64,000 nucleotides of DNA from Myxococcales bacterium (lineage in GTDB: Bacteria > Myxococcota_A > Polyangia > Polyangiales > DASUME01): positions 9,152,001-9,216,000 of the forward strand of contig JASGJH010000001.1 in assembly GCA_047601445.1 (NCBI GenBank), given 5' to 3'. Under the pieces are notes generated by a model. The model made no database searches and was not told the origin of the DNA. It saw nothing but the letters and a program-made list of their open reading frames with translations. Position 1 is the first letter of the stretch. Each line of letters starts with the position of its first letter. The position numbers and the translations under genes are program-made. Below, one piece after another: positions 55,455 through 64,000 of this stretch.

Positions 55455-56516
55455 GTGCAGCGACAGAAAGCAGTCATCGATCCGGCGCTGAGTGCGCGTG
55501 TGCTGTCTCGCTTTCCGATGCGATACACGGCTGGCCCCGAGCCTGCCCAGGACCGACCTGCGCACGTGAGGGCGGCCTCGGGTCTGGCATGGCTTCCGCT
55601 GGCCCTCACGAATGGGCCACAACGGGAATTGCTCGCGGTGATCCAGGACGACGCGGCCTTCGTTGCGCTGGTGGACCCGGCCACGGGGCTGGCCGACGCG
55701 GCGCCTTTGCCGGCTGCCCCTGGTGGCGTGCGCTTGTTCCAAGCCGAGCGCGGCAACAAGCAGCTCAAGCTCGACCTCGAAGCCTGCGTGGTCGGCAGCG
55801 TCTTCGGGGCTCCGCATCTGGTGGCTTTTGGGTCGGGCTCCTCGGATCAGCGTGAGCGCATCGTGCTCTTGCCCTGCGACACCCCGTTTCAATCGGCCGA
55901 ACGGGCGGCGCATGTGAAAGACGCCAGCGCGTTCTACCAGCGGCTGCGCTCGGAGACGGCTTTCAGCGGTAGCGAGCTCAATCTCGAAGGTGTGGTGTTG
56001 CGGGAGAATCCGGTCTCCATGCGGCCCGAGCTCTTGCTCTTCCAGCGCGGCAATGGCGCGGACCGCGAGGGGCGCCCGGCGCTCAACGCGACGGCTATCG
56101 TGTCGTGGCCGAGCTTCGTCGCCTATCTCGAGTCCGACGCTGCGCAGGCCCCCGTACCCGCCCTGCGCGCCATCACGCACTACGACCTCGGCACCGTGCG
56201 AGACGTGCGTCTCACCTTCACCGACGCCACCGTCGGCCCGCGGAGCAGCGTGCTGTTCTTGGCCTGCGCGGAGGCATCCCCCAACACCGTCGACGATGGC
56301 GAAGTGCTCGGCACCTTCGTCGGTGTGATCGGAGCGGAGGGAGACGTGCGTATCGCGCCCCTGCTCGACGAAGCCGGGGCGCCGAGCCGTGACAAGGCAG
56401 AGGGGATCGTGCGCGATGTGCGGCAAGCCCACAGGGTGGTGCTCACCGTGGACCGAGACGATCCCGATTTACCCTCTGATCTCCTGCATGTCGCGCTCGA
56501 GGGGGCCTGGTTTTAG
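55455..56516 (+). CDS. hypothetical beta-propeller-like protein (DUF6929/DUF3616-like)
   Basis: AASGL, IQDD, KLDLEA, FGSGS, LNLEG, LFQRGNG, KAEGI, VDRDD motifs; the family name is recalled, not searched. Confidence 0.55.
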   Translation: MQRQKAVIDPALSARVLSRFPMRYTAGPEPAQDRPAHVRAASGLAWLPLALTNGPQRELLAVIQDDAAFVALVDPATGLADAAPLPAAPGGVRLFQAERGNKQLKLDLEACVVGSVFGAPHLVAFGSGSSDQRERIVLLPCDTPFQSAERAAHVKDASAFYQRLRSETAFSGSELNLEGVVLRENPVSMRPELLLFQRGNGADREGRPALNATAIVSWPSFVAYLESDAAQAPVPALRAITHYDLGTVRDVRLTFTDATVGPRSSVLFLACAEASPNTVDDGEVLGTFVGVIGAEGDVRIAPLLDEAGAPSRDKAEGIVRDVRQAHRVVLTVDRDDPDLPSDLLHVALEGAWF

Positions 56517-56622
56517 AGGGGTGTTTGCGCCGGCCACGCGTTTGGTACACTCGCCTGCCGCGCCCGCTCTCGTTCCGAAGTGGGCACCCTTCGCTTCGAA
56601 ACCTCACTGAGGAAGGTGATCC

Positions 56623-58173
<1,551 letters not shown>

Positions 58174-58234
58174 TCCTCCTCCGGACGTCCGCCGATGAAC
58201 ATGCTCGTCGCGAGCGTGGTGGTGGACATGGTCG

Positions 58235-58348
58235 TGGACTTTGACGGCGACGGTGTGCGTGGCCGCTTGCTGCGTCGGTGGTCGCATCGCGGCGGCGCCC
58301 GGCGCATCAGCGTTTGCCGCTCACGCACGCCGTCGCCGTCAACGTCCA
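58235..58348. repeat. 27-bp inverted repeat (2 mismatches) with 60-nt loop between convergent genes
   Basis: TGGACTTTGACGGCGACGGTGTGCGTG (58235-58261) pairs with CACGCACGCCGTCGCCGTCAACGTCCA (58322-58348). Confidence 0.75.
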
Positions 58349-58442
58349 TGTCGCCTACGAAGTCCAGGTCAACGTGCTGGTTCTCGACGAGCTCCCGACG
58401 CTGTTCTCTCGCGCAAAGACGGGCAACGCGAAGGCGGTTCCT

Positions 58443-60950
<2,508 letters not shown>

Positions 60951-60995
60951 TCCGATGTTATCGTGCCTAGCGCTCCGTCTGCTGGCCAACAGAAT

Positions 60996-63752
<2,757 letters not shown>

Positions 63753-64000
63753 GGAACCTCGTTTTCTGGAAACCATACGAGCCCCCCCGTTACCGCCCTG
63801 TTTCGACAGGGCAAAGAGTGAGGTAGCCGCAAAAACGTTGGCAGCGCCACGTTGGGGGGCAGGAAAGAACCTGCGCGTCCGGCAAGTGGGCCATACTCGA
63901 CGGCCTGTCGGGTCAACGCAAGCGCGGCTAGTGTCTGCTAGGGTGCGTCGGAATTTGACCGTGTAGCGGCCCGGCTAGCCGAAAGGTTCCTGAGTTATGT

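Overview
High-GC chromosomal DNA, most consistent with a myxobacterium (Myxococcota, Polyangia-like). This rests on Cys-rich vWA/TSP3 lipoproteins, a Ser/Thr kinase, an ECF module and a poly-HAMP kinase, and is an inference. Gene order: SWIM/SNF2 helicase (partial), a tRNA-dihydrouridine synthase, a cluster of Ca-binding/vWA surface lipoproteins, nth and a flap endonuclease. Next come a complete urea uptake and urease operon (Ni permease, urtABCDE, ureDABCEFG; ureF frameshifted) and an apparent iron-acquisition region. That region has a beta-propeller lipoprotein (frameshifted), imelysin, a vitamin K-dependent gamma-carboxylase-like HTTM protein and a TonB-dependent receptor, plus a divergent tonB, a siderophore-interacting protein and an EntS-like MFS. 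Two of its promoters share a Fur-like 17-bp palindrome. The rest is an ECF sigma module, fadA/fadN, a three-gene phosphorelay with a 12-repeat poly-HAMP kinase, a Ser/Thr kinase, glgP and ppc. Several intergenic palindromic and REP-like elements are present. I saw no tRNA, rRNA, CRISPR array, transposase or integrase. The best candidate for an under-described system is the carboxylase-like/imelysin/TBDR operon. All product calls come from motif recognition by eye; no searches were run.
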